Source of the DNA: a virus
Length of the DNA stretch: 64,000 bases
Reading direction: 5' to 3' (one strand)
Virus record (IMG/VR): IMGVR_UViG_3300035698_022389
Coordinates: 68,880 to 132,879 of that record
In this document: piece after piece, positions 40,522-51,000 of the stretch
How the letters are laid out: the number at the start of each line of letters is the position of its first letter
Position numbering within the stretch: position 1 is the stretch's first letter
Position numbers and translations under genes: made by a program
The notes under the pieces: generated by a model
The model's input: the letters and a program-made list of their open reading frames with translations, nothing else
What the model was told of the DNA's origin: nothing
The model's database searches: none

Positions 40522-43500
40522 ATGGCGACCAAAGACTATAAGAAAAATTACTCCAGTATTCAAGGGGTGGGGAGTTCTGTCCCTGTTCCTAATGATGTAT
40601 CTAGGGATTTAAGTGCCGGTGATAAAGCTTTTGAATCTGTCATTTGGCAAACAGGTAAACCTGTACTGGATTCTGAGCTTGAAATCCATCAGGATGCAGC
40701 AAAATGGGAAAATAAATTATACCGTGAACAGCATTTAAATTCAGGTTGGTTTCGTGGAGTGTCCCGAGAAGATGGGTACAATGATTATACAACAGAAAGT
40801 GTTTCAGGAGTTTCTGATAATTCAGGTTCTGATTTAATTGACGGCACTACTCTGGTGAATTCTTTTGTGATGCCTAAACTGACGGCTTTGGTAGCCGGAC
40901 GTACTGTGGTGATTGAATATACAAACACCGAAACCCCTCTGAAAAATCTGATTCAATTGCCTGCTCCCCCAATATTTGCTCCTGATGCTGTTCAACGAAC
41001 AGATTTTGTATGGCTTGAAGTTTGGTTGGCTTTAGTTGCTCCAAGTCCACGGGCTTCGGGAGCTGTTCAGGTAGCAGGTATTCCTTCAGTAGGAAACTCT
41101 GTTACTATCAATGGTGTTCCTTTAGTGGGTACTTTGGCAGCTCCTATAGCCGGACAGTTTCTTATTGGTGCAGATGAAGAAGCAACTGCTATCAATATTG
41201 TGACTGCTATTAATGACCCTGCTAATGCAACTTCAGGTTATGTAGAAGCTAAAGCCAATGTAGACATTGTGGTAATTGAATCCATTGTGGCTGGTATAGG
41301 TCAGGGTGCAGTAATGCCTTTCACTGGAAATGGTATCCTGTTGGCATCAACAGCTCCGGCCTTGATTGCTTCAGGGCTCCACTTAGAATATGGCCAAGAT
41401 CGTCCCAACAAACCTGAAGATGACCAGAGCAAACTGTTTCGGCATGGGAATGCCCTATCTCCTGAAAACACTTGGCTCAATGATGAGATTGTAGACCCTG
41501 TAGTAGACTTGGAATCCACACAGCGAGTTCAATTGCAATACCGTTTCAGATATACAGACGAGGAGGCCATCAATTACAAAACTCATCCCGATGGGTTCTC
41601 GAACTCAACTGCTGGTGCAGATGAGCCTTTAGTTATTGCCCAAGGCCCTCGTGATACCCCAGCTTTAAATGTTGGTGGTGGGCGAACATATCCTTTTGTA
41701 CCAGCCGACACAACTTCAGTTTGGTTACAATCCAGTGCTATTGCTTATGCTGTTAAGGATAATGGCTTGTGGGTTGCAGGTTCTGGTGATGACCAATCCG
41801 TTAAAGACCTCGGAGCTATTGATGGTTATGTGTATGCAATTCCTATGTGTTTTGCATTCCGACATAATGATGTATCCTCTGCCTTTGGAGGTGCCCGTGG
41901 CTTTGACCCTGCTCAAAATGCCAACGGTGCTCCGATGCACGATCATGCTAACTATGATGGTCCAATAGGGGCAATCCCTGCGGATCATTCTGACCGACCT
42001 GACGGTGAATTTGCAGATGTCGTGACTTTAAACAACATACTGGACTTGAGAAGGTCTATTGTTTCTCCCGGAATCAGCTTGACAAGTGAGCTTCAGTATC
42101 AAATACAATCCCTTTTGGATGCCAATAATCAGACTTGGGCTGTGAGTTCACATGAAAAGTATGGCTACGGCGGTAACAGCAATGGAAATGTTTCAACTCG
42201 ATTCCTTATCTGTAATGCTATTGGCCGAGCTACGGTTGCTGACGGTATGCATATCCGAGACTTTGACCATGTGGCTCGACGATTCGGTAGCAATCCTGTT
42301 GTAGAACGAGTGGTGTATGCTTTCTGGCCGGGTGATCGAATAGAAATAGAATTTCCAGTTCTCCCAGGTCTTGCAAACAATGGCAAATATGTTGAAAAAA
42401 TAGCAGGCTCTACTGGTGGTGTTTGGACGGAATCTGATGTTCTCCACCTGGATTTAGAAAAATTAGATACTCATGGTTTAGGTGCCCTTTTCCAAGGAGG
42501 CACGAATGGTGTTTCTTTGCCAGGGCCTGAACAACCTTTTACAACGAAGGCTCCTCCAGGAACAACAATCACAGATGTTTTGTCCGTTTATCATGATGAT
42601 GGACATTATACTTTAAATACAGATCATCAGCAAGTACAGGCTTCCTTAATCAAAGGCTTGGGGACAAGTCATCTCGAAATCATTTTGGATGCTAATAGTA
42701 CAATCGTATCAGGTGGCTTGCCTGTGCTAGTCCCAGCTACCGATGAATATTCAATGGTGGCCAGTACTGCTGTCCCAGCCGATGGTTCAATGAGAAGGAT
42801 TTTTGTTGAAGTGGAAATTAGCTATCCCATAGGTGATGCTGATAAAGCTGGATTGACGGACACTCCTTTGTTGGATTTGATTGATCCTGACGACATGGTG
42901 TACGATGGAACCTTGACAAATCTTGCTCCCCTTGAATATTACTTGCCAGGCCCGGGATCACAGGTGGTAGTGGATGAGGGGCAGATTCCTGTTGATATGG
43001 AATTACGAAACCCCCCAGCTTTCCGAGAAGGGTTCCGAGAAGTCCGTCTGGATTATGTGACTGATTCAACCGTTAGTACACTTGTTCAAAATACAGACCC
43101 TGTGACAGATGGTATGAGTGTTGGTCCTTTATGGGGACTCGTTAGTAGAGGGCCTTCTGAAATCCGAGCACCTCGTCGTTTGTATGGCCAACCTTTTAGT
43201 CCTGGTGGCGGTTTCCCTGTCATTGAGGATGTTCCGGGTTTTGCCTTCAAGAATCCAGACTTTGACTTAACTGAATATGGCAGCAGTTCTCGTAAAATCG
43301 TCATGGATAACGTTCTTTCTGGACCAGGTAAAACTCTTTGTAATGTTACATATGAACCTCAAGATCCTATTCCTAATTATGGGGATGATGGCTACACGGT
43401 TATGGTGTATTACAGGGCATCAGCTCCACAAACTGCTGGTGTCATTGATGGTGATATGAGAACCTCAGCAAGTAATGGTGGAACCGTCCCAACGGAGTTA

Positions 43501-44139
43501 AGAATCGAACCTCTGGCTATCAGTCCTCATACGTGGACTGGCCAAGTAGGTATGGGTTCAACCGATGCTGCTTTCCCATATGCTGCCCCTTTAGATCAGC
43601 TTCCAATGTTGGAAGGTATCCCAGGTTCGGAATTGAATCAAGATTGGTTCTTCTGTGCTTCAGCAACTGTCACGATTGACGATTTTAATGCTGACACAGG
43701 AATGTTGGTGCTTCAGTCGATGGTTCAAGCTGACCAGCAACCCGAATGGGTGTTGGGAGGACTTGATAATTATGCCTCTCCGAGAACAGATGCTGAATTT
43801 AGGGCTATGTATCCCTATGTGATGGGTCTGGATGGGTATCGCCCGACGGTAATGGCTCAGCCTTTGTTTGGATCGACTCGACATAAAGTATTCGTTCCTG
43901 TCCTGGCTAGAATAAAAGAAACGGTGCCAGGTGCTACGGAAGGTATATTATTCAGGCAGGATGAGTTAGTTCTTGTAGTATTAACACGATTTGCAGAACT
44001 TGATGAAGACAATAATATCCAATTCATTGGGGGGTTGTCGTCCGAAGGTAATGAAGGTTTAGCTAATGCAGAAAATAATCGAACTTGTGCAGCTGTGTAT
44101 CGAACCCGTAACCTGCTTTTAGCTGTGGGTGGCAGATAA
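40522..44139 (+). CDS. Tail fibre-like structural protein, paralogue of 54672-61124 (1205 aa)
   Basis: QTGKPVLDSE, RTDFVWLEVW, RVQLQYR, DGYVYAIP and RPDGEFAD..ILDLRR motifs are shared in the same order with 54672-61124. Confidence 0.6.
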   Translation: MATKDYKKNYSSIQGVGSSVPVPNDVSRDLSAGDKAFESVIWQTGKPVLDSELEIHQDAAKWENKLYREQHLNSGWFRGVSREDGYNDYTTESVSGVSDNSGSDLIDGTTLVNSFVMPKLTALVAGRTVVIEYTNTETPLKNLIQLPAPPIFAPDAVQRTDFVWLEVWLALVAPSPRASGAVQVAGIPSVGNSVTINGVPLVGTLAAPIAGQFLIGADEEATAINIVTAINDPANATSGYVEAKANVDIVVIESIVAGIGQGAVMPFTGNGILLASTAPALIASGLHLEYGQDRPNKPEDDQSKLFRHGNALSPENTWLNDEIVDPVVDLESTQRVQLQYRFRYTDEEAINYKTHPDGFSNSTAGADEPLVIAQGPRDTPALNVGGGRTYPFVPADTTSVWLQSSAIAYAVKDNGLWVAGSGDDQSVKDLGAIDGYVYAIPMCFAFRHNDVSSAFGGARGFDPAQNANGAPMHDHANYDGPIGAIPADHSDRPDGEFADVVTLNNILDLRRSIVSPGISLTSELQYQIQSLLDANNQTWAVSSHEKYGYGGNSNGNVSTRFLICNAIGRATVADGMHIRDFDHVARRFGSNPVVERVVYAFWPGDRIEIEFPVLPGLANNGKYVEKIAGSTGGVWTESDVLHLDLEKLDTHGLGALFQGGTNGVSLPGPEQPFTTKAPPGTTITDVLSVYHDDGHYTLNTDHQQVQASLIKGLGTSHLEIILDANSTIVSGGLPVLVPATDEYSMVASTAVPADGSMRRIFVEVEISYPIGDADKAGLTDTPLLDLIDPDDMVYDGTLTNLAPLEYYLPGPGSQVVVDEGQIPVDMELRNPPAFREGFREVRLDYVTDSTVSTLVQNTDPVTDGMSVGPLWGLVSRGPSEIRAPRRLYGQPFSPGGGFPVIEDVPGFAFKNPDFDLTEYGSSSRKIVMDNVLSGPGKTLCNVTYEPQDPIPNYGDDGYTVMVYYRASAPQTAGVIDGDMRTSASNGGTVPTELRIEPLAISPHTWTGQVGMGSTDAAFPYAAPLDQLPMLEGIPGSELNQDWFFCASATVTIDDFNADTGMLVLQSMVQADQQPEWVLGGLDNYASPRTDAEFRAMYPYVMGLDGYRPTVMAQPLFGSTRHKVFVPVLARIKETVPGATEGILFRQDELVLVVLTRFAELDEDNNIQFIGGLSSEGNEGLANAENNRTCAAVYRTRNLLLAVGGR

Positions 44140-44149
44140 GGAGATCGGA

Positions 44150-47100
44150 ATGCCGAGGAATCTAAATCCAAAAAATATCAAAATTGGCCCTGGTCAAACT
44201 GTTCCCGATCGAGGTGCTGATGCTAGTCTTGTAGATGGCGCCGTGGTAGGTGGTGGTGGAGTTGGTGGAGATGCCAGTCTAGTGCTGGCTGCTCTGAAAG
44301 TCCATATCCAAGACCCCAAGAATGCCCATGAAGGTTCTGCTATTGGCCTTGAACCATTCCAGCCTTTTATTTCAGATGATGTCGAAGGTTTGTTTCAGGA
44401 AGTAGCTGGGGGTATGCCTTATGAACCTCCAATGCTTGGAAGGTATGCCCATTACATGGATTTCCATAGTGTTCCTGATTGGGGTGCTGCCAAATTAAAC
44501 GATACTCCTATATTCCTTCGTGACGGTGATTTTGATGATTTGATAAATACAAATGCTTATGGTGACGTGTTCCCATATTTCCTTAAAGCCCCTCAGACGG
44601 TTGTTGGGTCGGAGGATATGAACTTGGACGTGGATGCAGAAACACCCCAACAATATTCACCAGGTTTCTTACCTGAACAGCCATGGGTGACTCCTGAATA
44701 TGATGGTAAAGTCACTAGCTCTAAATATAACACCCGACAGTATGGGACTTTGTTCCCAAATGGTGGGGACATTATGGCTGACCGAATCTTCAATCATGCA
44801 GGCATTCTTGGAGCTGATAACCCTTCAGTTCGAAAATCTGGTGGTGCCGGTCGGTGTTATGCCGGTGGTTTTACTCGGGCTGATGATGTTGTTCAAAAAA
44901 CGATGTGTCTTACCCCGTTTGAACATGGAGTAGACATGTGGCCATTATTGGTTACAATTTCTGGTTCCATCTATCCAGCTGATCGGGGTGTTCTTGCTTT
45001 GCTACACTTCCCTCATCTGGAAACACCGGCAACTTCTCCTGATGTACCGTGGACAGATGAACGTCGGGATGCTTTCTTGGCTCAAAGTGTTTTAACTGAC
45101 CGTTGCATTGCAGCTTTACTGTTAGGGCAGGGAGTTCTAGGTGATGCTTGCATCGAATTTGGTGCCTCCTCTGGACCTTGTGACGGAGGCCCAGGCGGTA
45201 TCTTTAGTGTTGGGGTAGATGCTGAAGGAAATTACGACCCCTTTGCTTACCCTGGCAGGGCAGGTGGCCAGTATAATTTAGACGAACTCCATACAGGCCA
45301 GTCTTCAATACCCTCAGTAGGGGTACTCCCAGACCCGTGGGACAACTTGACAGGTCAAGGGGCCGGTGCAGGAGCTAAACGGGCACAGTATGTGGCAGTT
45401 GGGGATGATTACTATCCAGCAGCCGGGCAGGTACGCCTAGGCTCTGACCCTGATGTAGGCACAATTCTAACATGGGGAATTCCAGTTCTAGGTGGAACTC
45501 TGAATACATATTTGAGTTCTGGAGCCATTCCTGCATATCCTGCTGGGTCATATGTGAATTTGCAACATATTGGTCGGTCGGTTATCCATACCACCAATCA
45601 ATTCCTGTATCGGTTGCCTGTTCTGGATGATTATTCTGAAACTTCCGGGATGAAGTACACTCCGAAAAGTTTTGTTAACCCAGGTGCAATAGAAACCTAT
45701 CGGTATTTCTATGCTGAAAGTGCTGCTTCCCCTGAAAAAGACCCTTTCGATTATGGGTCACTGTCTACCGAACTTTCTGTTGGAGGGAATTATCCCCCAT
45801 TCCAACAGGATTGCCTGACGTGGCAACTTGCTCGATACCGTCATACCTTTGCTATGGATGGGGGGTTGGATGCTTACCCTGGTGTTCCTACACCGTTGGG
45901 TTCTTATGCCCTATTTCATTTTAAATCAGAACATGATTTTGAAGCTCTGATGTTGGATGGCTCTATGCCGGATGAACTCTATGGTATTCATTTCCTGACG
46001 GATTCTTCTAATGTTGTAAATGAACAAACCGATTCGGTGATGGAACCTGAATATATGGGTCCGATCCCGGATTTCAGTTATTCTGCTAATTTCTATAATG
46101 GTCTTCGGGATGAAGTGTTCGTTGGTGGTTCAGAGGATGATCATAAAGTACAACGAACTGATGTAACCAGTAGTCTATTTACATGGTCTGCACCTCTTTC
46201 TTCTGTAGCTGACCCTGGAATAGTGTATATATCTGGTGTTGCGTACTTTACTCCCCGAAAAATCATTGGTGGAACGTCTTCTTTCCAGTTTAATCGTATT
46301 GAGGTCGGTATTGATAATACTTGGACGGGTTGTTATCGGACAGATGCTGAGGTACCCAGTAGTGCCCCAGCTGTTTTTGATAGCCCAAATCCTGGCTTCC
46401 TGAACCTCAAACCTTTTATGGCAGATACCTCTGGATTGCCTGCTTCTTATCCTGTTGGCCCACAATACCGTCAAGATTATAGGATTGAATTCCCATTTAC
46501 GGGTTTCTTTGACCCTCTTTTGAGTCCTTACAGCAACATAAGTGGTCCGGCTACAGGGGATCCCTTAATTCTACTAAATACAGATCCAGTTGAAATACCG
46601 GGAGATGAAACAACACCTTCGTTCTCAACTAATGCTAAACCTGTGTTTTATGTCCGTCGGCCATTAACTCATGGTGGTGATTGGGAAGATGTTATCCAAC
46701 CCTCATGGTCAACGAGTGGCTCTGGGGTTGTAACGGGTCATGGTGTTGATTTAACTGCTCTTAACACCGTTTTATTCCATTCTACCAATTTCTCTTGTAC
46801 CGACATAGCGGATAAGACCACAGGAATAGGTAGGTATGGGAATTTTGTTTCTACAACACCAATTACTTCGTTTGCTATTAATTTATATCCTGCATTTGAC
46901 AGCTTGTTGACTAAAGAAAAAGATGTTGAAGAACGTTTCCTTGATGAAGTTTACCGTTATTTATCCTTATATGACCTTCCAGGTGCTACCGAAGCCTTCT
47001 TAAAAGCAGCTACCGTAGGTCCAGGAATGTCAACCTGGAATGGAGGACCTGTTCCTATCCCTGTTCAAGCTGGGGCACATCATGGTGCTGCAGATTTTCC

Positions 47101-48013
47101 AGCTCCTTGGGATACATTTCAAATGATGGGGCCTGATCCAATGATTGAATTCGTGAACCTGCTTTCATGGACACAATTACCCTGGTATACACGGTCTTTA
47201 AAAGATATACCTCCATCCCCAGCAGCAGAACTTCAAGTTTGTGGTCTTCCTCCACGAAACCCACCTGTGTTGGATTGGGCTGAAGTACCATTCCCCTCGG
47301 CTGGGGTATTAAGATATCCAGCAGTGGATTATACAAGTGGGTCGAATCGTCCAAATGTTACCGATGATGCCAGCATAACTTTAGTAGATTATTCGGGTAC
47401 CTGGGGAGCATCTTTAAAAAACTATATAAGATTCTTTGATGCCGCTTTTAGTCGCTGGGGTGGGACAACTACCCCACCAGTTGAGGCTGCGGGGCAACCT
47501 TTTGTGACACTTCGAATTGAGGGTGTTACACTATCTGACTTTACCTATATGGCTCCTGGGCCAGGAACCACGGCTTCAGGAACATTCCCTGCAATTGCGA
47601 TTCAAGTAAAAATACCAGGATTGACAACATGGATGGATATTGGTCGAATTGACGGATCAGGCCCGAGCAAACAAGACCCGAACATTGATGGGGCAGGTTG
47701 TATGGTACTTGGTCAGCATACATTTGACAGTATTAATCCTGAAACGGGTATGGTATATAGTCAGATTCATGTAAATGTCGGCCCTATGGCTAATCTAGCA
47801 ACAGGTATCCGAGCAGTCACAAGTCCTGACATTTATGAAGTTCCTGTGGGTGTAAAAGTGATAATGAATGATATGGCTGAAGGTGAATATGATCTAATTT
47901 CAGATTCAGACGGTTCTTTGGGAGGAGAAGGGCTTAATGCTTCTAAGGTGCGTGGGATTACTACTATTAAGATAGTCCATCCTACTCAAGTTGAAACGGC
48001 TCCTACAACCTAA
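44150..48013 (+). CDS. Virion structural/fibre protein (1287 aa from ATG 44150)
   Basis: AAGGAG at 44138-44143 supports ATG 44150 rather than the track's GTG 44129. N-terminal HIQDPKNAHEGSAI is an H..D...AH motif of the kind seen in trimeric fibres. Confidence 0.6.
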   Translation: MPRNLNPKNIKIGPGQTVPDRGADASLVDGAVVGGGGVGGDASLVLAALKVHIQDPKNAHEGSAIGLEPFQPFISDDVEGLFQEVAGGMPYEPPMLGRYAHYMDFHSVPDWGAAKLNDTPIFLRDGDFDDLINTNAYGDVFPYFLKAPQTVVGSEDMNLDVDAETPQQYSPGFLPEQPWVTPEYDGKVTSSKYNTRQYGTLFPNGGDIMADRIFNHAGILGADNPSVRKSGGAGRCYAGGFTRADDVVQKTMCLTPFEHGVDMWPLLVTISGSIYPADRGVLALLHFPHLETPATSPDVPWTDERRDAFLAQSVLTDRCIAALLLGQGVLGDACIEFGASSGPCDGGPGGIFSVGVDAEGNYDPFAYPGRAGGQYNLDELHTGQSSIPSVGVLPDPWDNLTGQGAGAGAKRAQYVAVGDDYYPAAGQVRLGSDPDVGTILTWGIPVLGGTLNTYLSSGAIPAYPAGSYVNLQHIGRSVIHTTNQFLYRLPVLDDYSETSGMKYTPKSFVNPGAIETYRYFYAESAASPEKDPFDYGSLSTELSVGGNYPPFQQDCLTWQLARYRHTFAMDGGLDAYPGVPTPLGSYALFHFKSEHDFEALMLDGSMPDELYGIHFLTDSSNVVNEQTDSVMEPEYMGPIPDFSYSANFYNGLRDEVFVGGSEDDHKVQRTDVTSSLFTWSAPLSSVADPGIVYISGVAYFTPRKIIGGTSSFQFNRIEVGIDNTWTGCYRTDAEVPSSAPAVFDSPNPGFLNLKPFMADTSGLPASYPVGPQYRQDYRIEFPFTGFFDPLLSPYSNISGPATGDPLILLNTDPVEIPGDETTPSFSTNAKPVFYVRRPLTHGGDWEDVIQPSWSTSGSGVVTGHGVDLTALNTVLFHSTNFSCTDIADKTTGIGRYGNFVSTTPITSFAINLYPAFDSLLTKEKDVEERFLDEVYRYLSLYDLPGATEAFLKAATVGPGMSTWNGGPVPIPVQAGAHHGAADFPAPWDTFQMMGPDPMIEFVNLLSWTQLPWYTRSLKDIPPSPAAELQVCGLPPRNPPVLDWAEVPFPSAGVLRYPAVDYTSGSNRPNVTDDASITLVDYSGTWGASLKNYIRFFDAAFSRWGGTTTPPVEAAGQPFVTLRIEGVTLSDFTYMAPGPGTTASGTFPAIAIQVKIPGLTTWMDIGRIDGSGPSKQDPNIDGAGCMVLGQHTFDSINPETGMVYSQIHVNVGPMANLATGIRAVTSPDIYEVPVGVKVIMNDMAEGEYDLISDSDGSLGGEGLNASKVRGITTIKIVHPTQVETAPTT

Positions 48014-48019
48014 TTGAGT

Positions 48020-48034
48020 CGGTGAAATGGTTAT
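48020..48034 (+). promoter_or_regulatory. Putative phage late-promoter motif CGGT-N7-TTAT within hairpin GGTGAA/TTCACC
   Basis: CGGTGAAATGGTTAT, 46 nt before the ATG at 48080. Confidence 0.4.
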
Positions 48035-48079
48035 AGTTCACCCCAGTTAGAAAGTATGGCTTAAACATAAGAGGTTGAT

Positions 48080-51000
48080 ATGGCATATGACCCAAATAAA
48101 GTGAATCTCGGGGCTGATCTTTTGACAAACCCGACGGCTTCTGACAGGGACCCCTGGCAGGAAGCATTTAAGAGATTTTCTGCTGTTGCAGAAGCTAGTG
48201 TGTTACGTGCGTCAGAGGCTATGTCTGGAATGACTGGTTCTTGGGCAGCTCAGTATAAGTTTGGTCCTTCTGTGACCGATAATTCAGATCAGCCTGAATC
48301 TACATCTCCGTCTAATTTCAGTATGAAATGCAGTAAACTTGGGCGTCCAGGAATGCCTGAGATTGATTTCGTTCCGTACTGCCATAATACTAACCGTTTT
48401 GGTAACAAAGGTGGGGCACTTCTCGGTGAACCTATCTCCTTTCAGTTCGTAGGTCCGACCCCCAAAGTGGGTGGTCAGAACATGGTATGGCAATGGGTCG
48501 TAACTGCAGGACCTGTGGCAGATACCCTTGAACTTGATGATCTCATTGTGGATACATCTGCTGGGCCTCCTTGGTCTCATACAACCCGACCGGTAACTAT
48601 GGATATTGAAGCCCTCTATAATATCGTTCCTGCTACATGGGCCACCCGATTCGATGGTGGCCTTTATGTGATGATTACTGAGACAGGGTACACTGGAGAA
48701 ATAGACCCTACTACCCCTGTAACTGGTGGTATTGGTGATGGAGCTCTTGTCCAGGATGCAGGGATCCCTCGGGAACCTTTAACCCCTCTGACTTCAAATA
48801 GCAAAACGGAATTGTTCAGGGTTACGGCATTGAATATTGGTGGGAGTGGCTACCTTACAGGGTTCACATTAGATTCAGGTAAACGGATTGAGGATTATTT
48901 TGAATTTAATTCAGGTGGGGGATTGGATGTTGTTCGACACATCACGTTAGTTGAACCTGTAGCAACTCGTTTGACTGCTATTCCTGACTCAGGTGCAGGT
49001 AAAGGCAGGGAACAAGTATTTGCATTCACTCCTCCTAGACGAGCCCTGACTTCTGAATTTCAGATGTTGACTTCCAACTGGATCACTGCAGGTGCTTTAG
49101 AATATCCTTGGGATGAAGCAGCCACTGTTGGGCAAGACATTTTTGATTATGAATATGGTCCAAGTCTGCCCGTTCAGAAACCCTTTGCTGAATGGGAAAA
49201 TGTTTATTTGACAGATGAAAGTGTATGGCCTTTAAATGGTCCGTGGGCTGTTATGGTGATAGCTTGGGATGCAGATGTTAGCAATGGTGACCCTCTTCCT
49301 GAAGCAGGCGACATCATTAAGATACATGCTGTTCATACTGGTGATAAAGACTTATGGGAAACCAGTAATGGACGGTCTGCAAATTGGGGAAGTCTTCTTG
49401 GATACTTTGAAGTGAAAACTGTAGCACTTGCAGCAGGTACAGTTTATTATGTTGAGGTCAGACGCTATGTTGAAGTTAACCCTGAGTCAGGGAACTCTAT
49501 GTGGGGTCTTGGTAGAATGTTTAGTAATCTTCTTGTGGACCCTTATGGAATTCAGTTAAAATGTTCCATTCACAAACCTGTGACGGAACTTTGGAATAAT
49601 CCCTGGTTTGATGCCGATGCTTTGGATTCCACTCGGCTAACAAACCTTATCGACCCTCGATGGGTTGAGCGTAATGGTGCTATATCTAGCTCTAGTCTTA
49701 CAGAACGACCGATGGGTAAGAGTCCTTATCGCCCAGATAGAGCTATTTTTGACACGGCTTCTTCTAATAGTGGGACATCAGGGTCAAATGCAGACCCTGG
49801 AAATTTACAGAATTTAGGTTTCAGGGTAGTATTATTCCCTGCCCGAATCAAAACTGTCCCGACAGCAGATGGGACGGAAGATATTCTCACTCCTGATTGG
49901 AATCGTCCAATTACTTCAAATGAAGTGTCTATTGACCCGACCGTAAATGCAAAACAGTATATTGAGGTGGACTATGCCAATGGACTCGTCCGTTTATCAC
50001 ATCCTCCTCAAGCTTTGGCCATCACTGATCCCAATGCAGGGGATTTAGCTCCTTTGGAAGATATCTTTACACTTGGTACAGATGATAATCCTCGTGGGGA
50101 GATGGTGTTGTTTGCATCTTGTGTTCCTTACACTCAGGACATTGGACAACGTGGGGCTGGCCCACGTATAACTAACAATACTGAGGTTCTCCAAAAAGGA
50201 GAATCTTATGATGTTTACGGTAGTCGGACAGCTTTTGATATTGAGGTGCCCCAAACGATTACATGTTATAATGATGTTGGGGTTACCGACCAGCAACTAG
50301 TTTTGACGGGCTTAGTGGCAGACCAACTGCCTCCCACAGGTTTCTTTGAATTATTCGACGCTGGTACTCCTGTGTTCACAACAGGGAGAGTGAGAGGGTC
50401 TTTGTTCGGTTATTATGGGGTCGTGGAAACAGGGGGCAATACTGTCCTTCACGGTGTTCACGGTGGCCTAGAAGTAGGAACCGATACGGTCACAATAGCT
50501 GTTGCAGGCCAAGCTCTTTTACGAAGAGAATTATACACTCCGAATGACTTGTATGGTACGGCTGGTGTATCTTATCAAAATGATGTCAGTTATGGAAGTG
50601 CTAAACGAGCAGGTACACTCCGATTTACCGGAGTTGAGTCTGTTGTAAATCTTGATGGTTCTATCACAATAAAAATAGAAGCATCAGGTGTTCCAGGTCC
50701 GGCAGGTCCGGCAGGTGCAACAGGTGCAACCGGTCCTGTAGGTCCCGCAGGTGAAGGTTTTGAAGAATTGTTTTCTTCTTGGGTGTTTGACGGCGGTGAC
50801 CTCACAGGTGTTTGGGATGGACTACTTGCTTATAGTGTTGATATTGCTGCAACAACAATTCTTTTCCAAGGTTCAAGGATTGTTGTCCCATTGGGGTCAT
50901 TAGTTGTTGGAGCAACCAGTTCGGGGTATATTTACATAGATGGTGTGACGGCTCTTGGTGTTTATACTTATAGTGTTAGTGCTACTATCCCTCTACCGGA

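Noticed and set aside
43124-43133. 10-nt match to guide 1 (GTCCTTTATG) inside a coding region
   Set aside because: Short, diverges afterwards, and the 5' flank is GTTG rather than TTAA; compatible with chance.
44129-44149. Upstream GTG/TTG/ATG starts given by the track (44129, 61560, 61802, 63090)
   Set aside because: Better Shine-Dalgarno spacing supports ATG 44150, 61566, 61844 and 63039.
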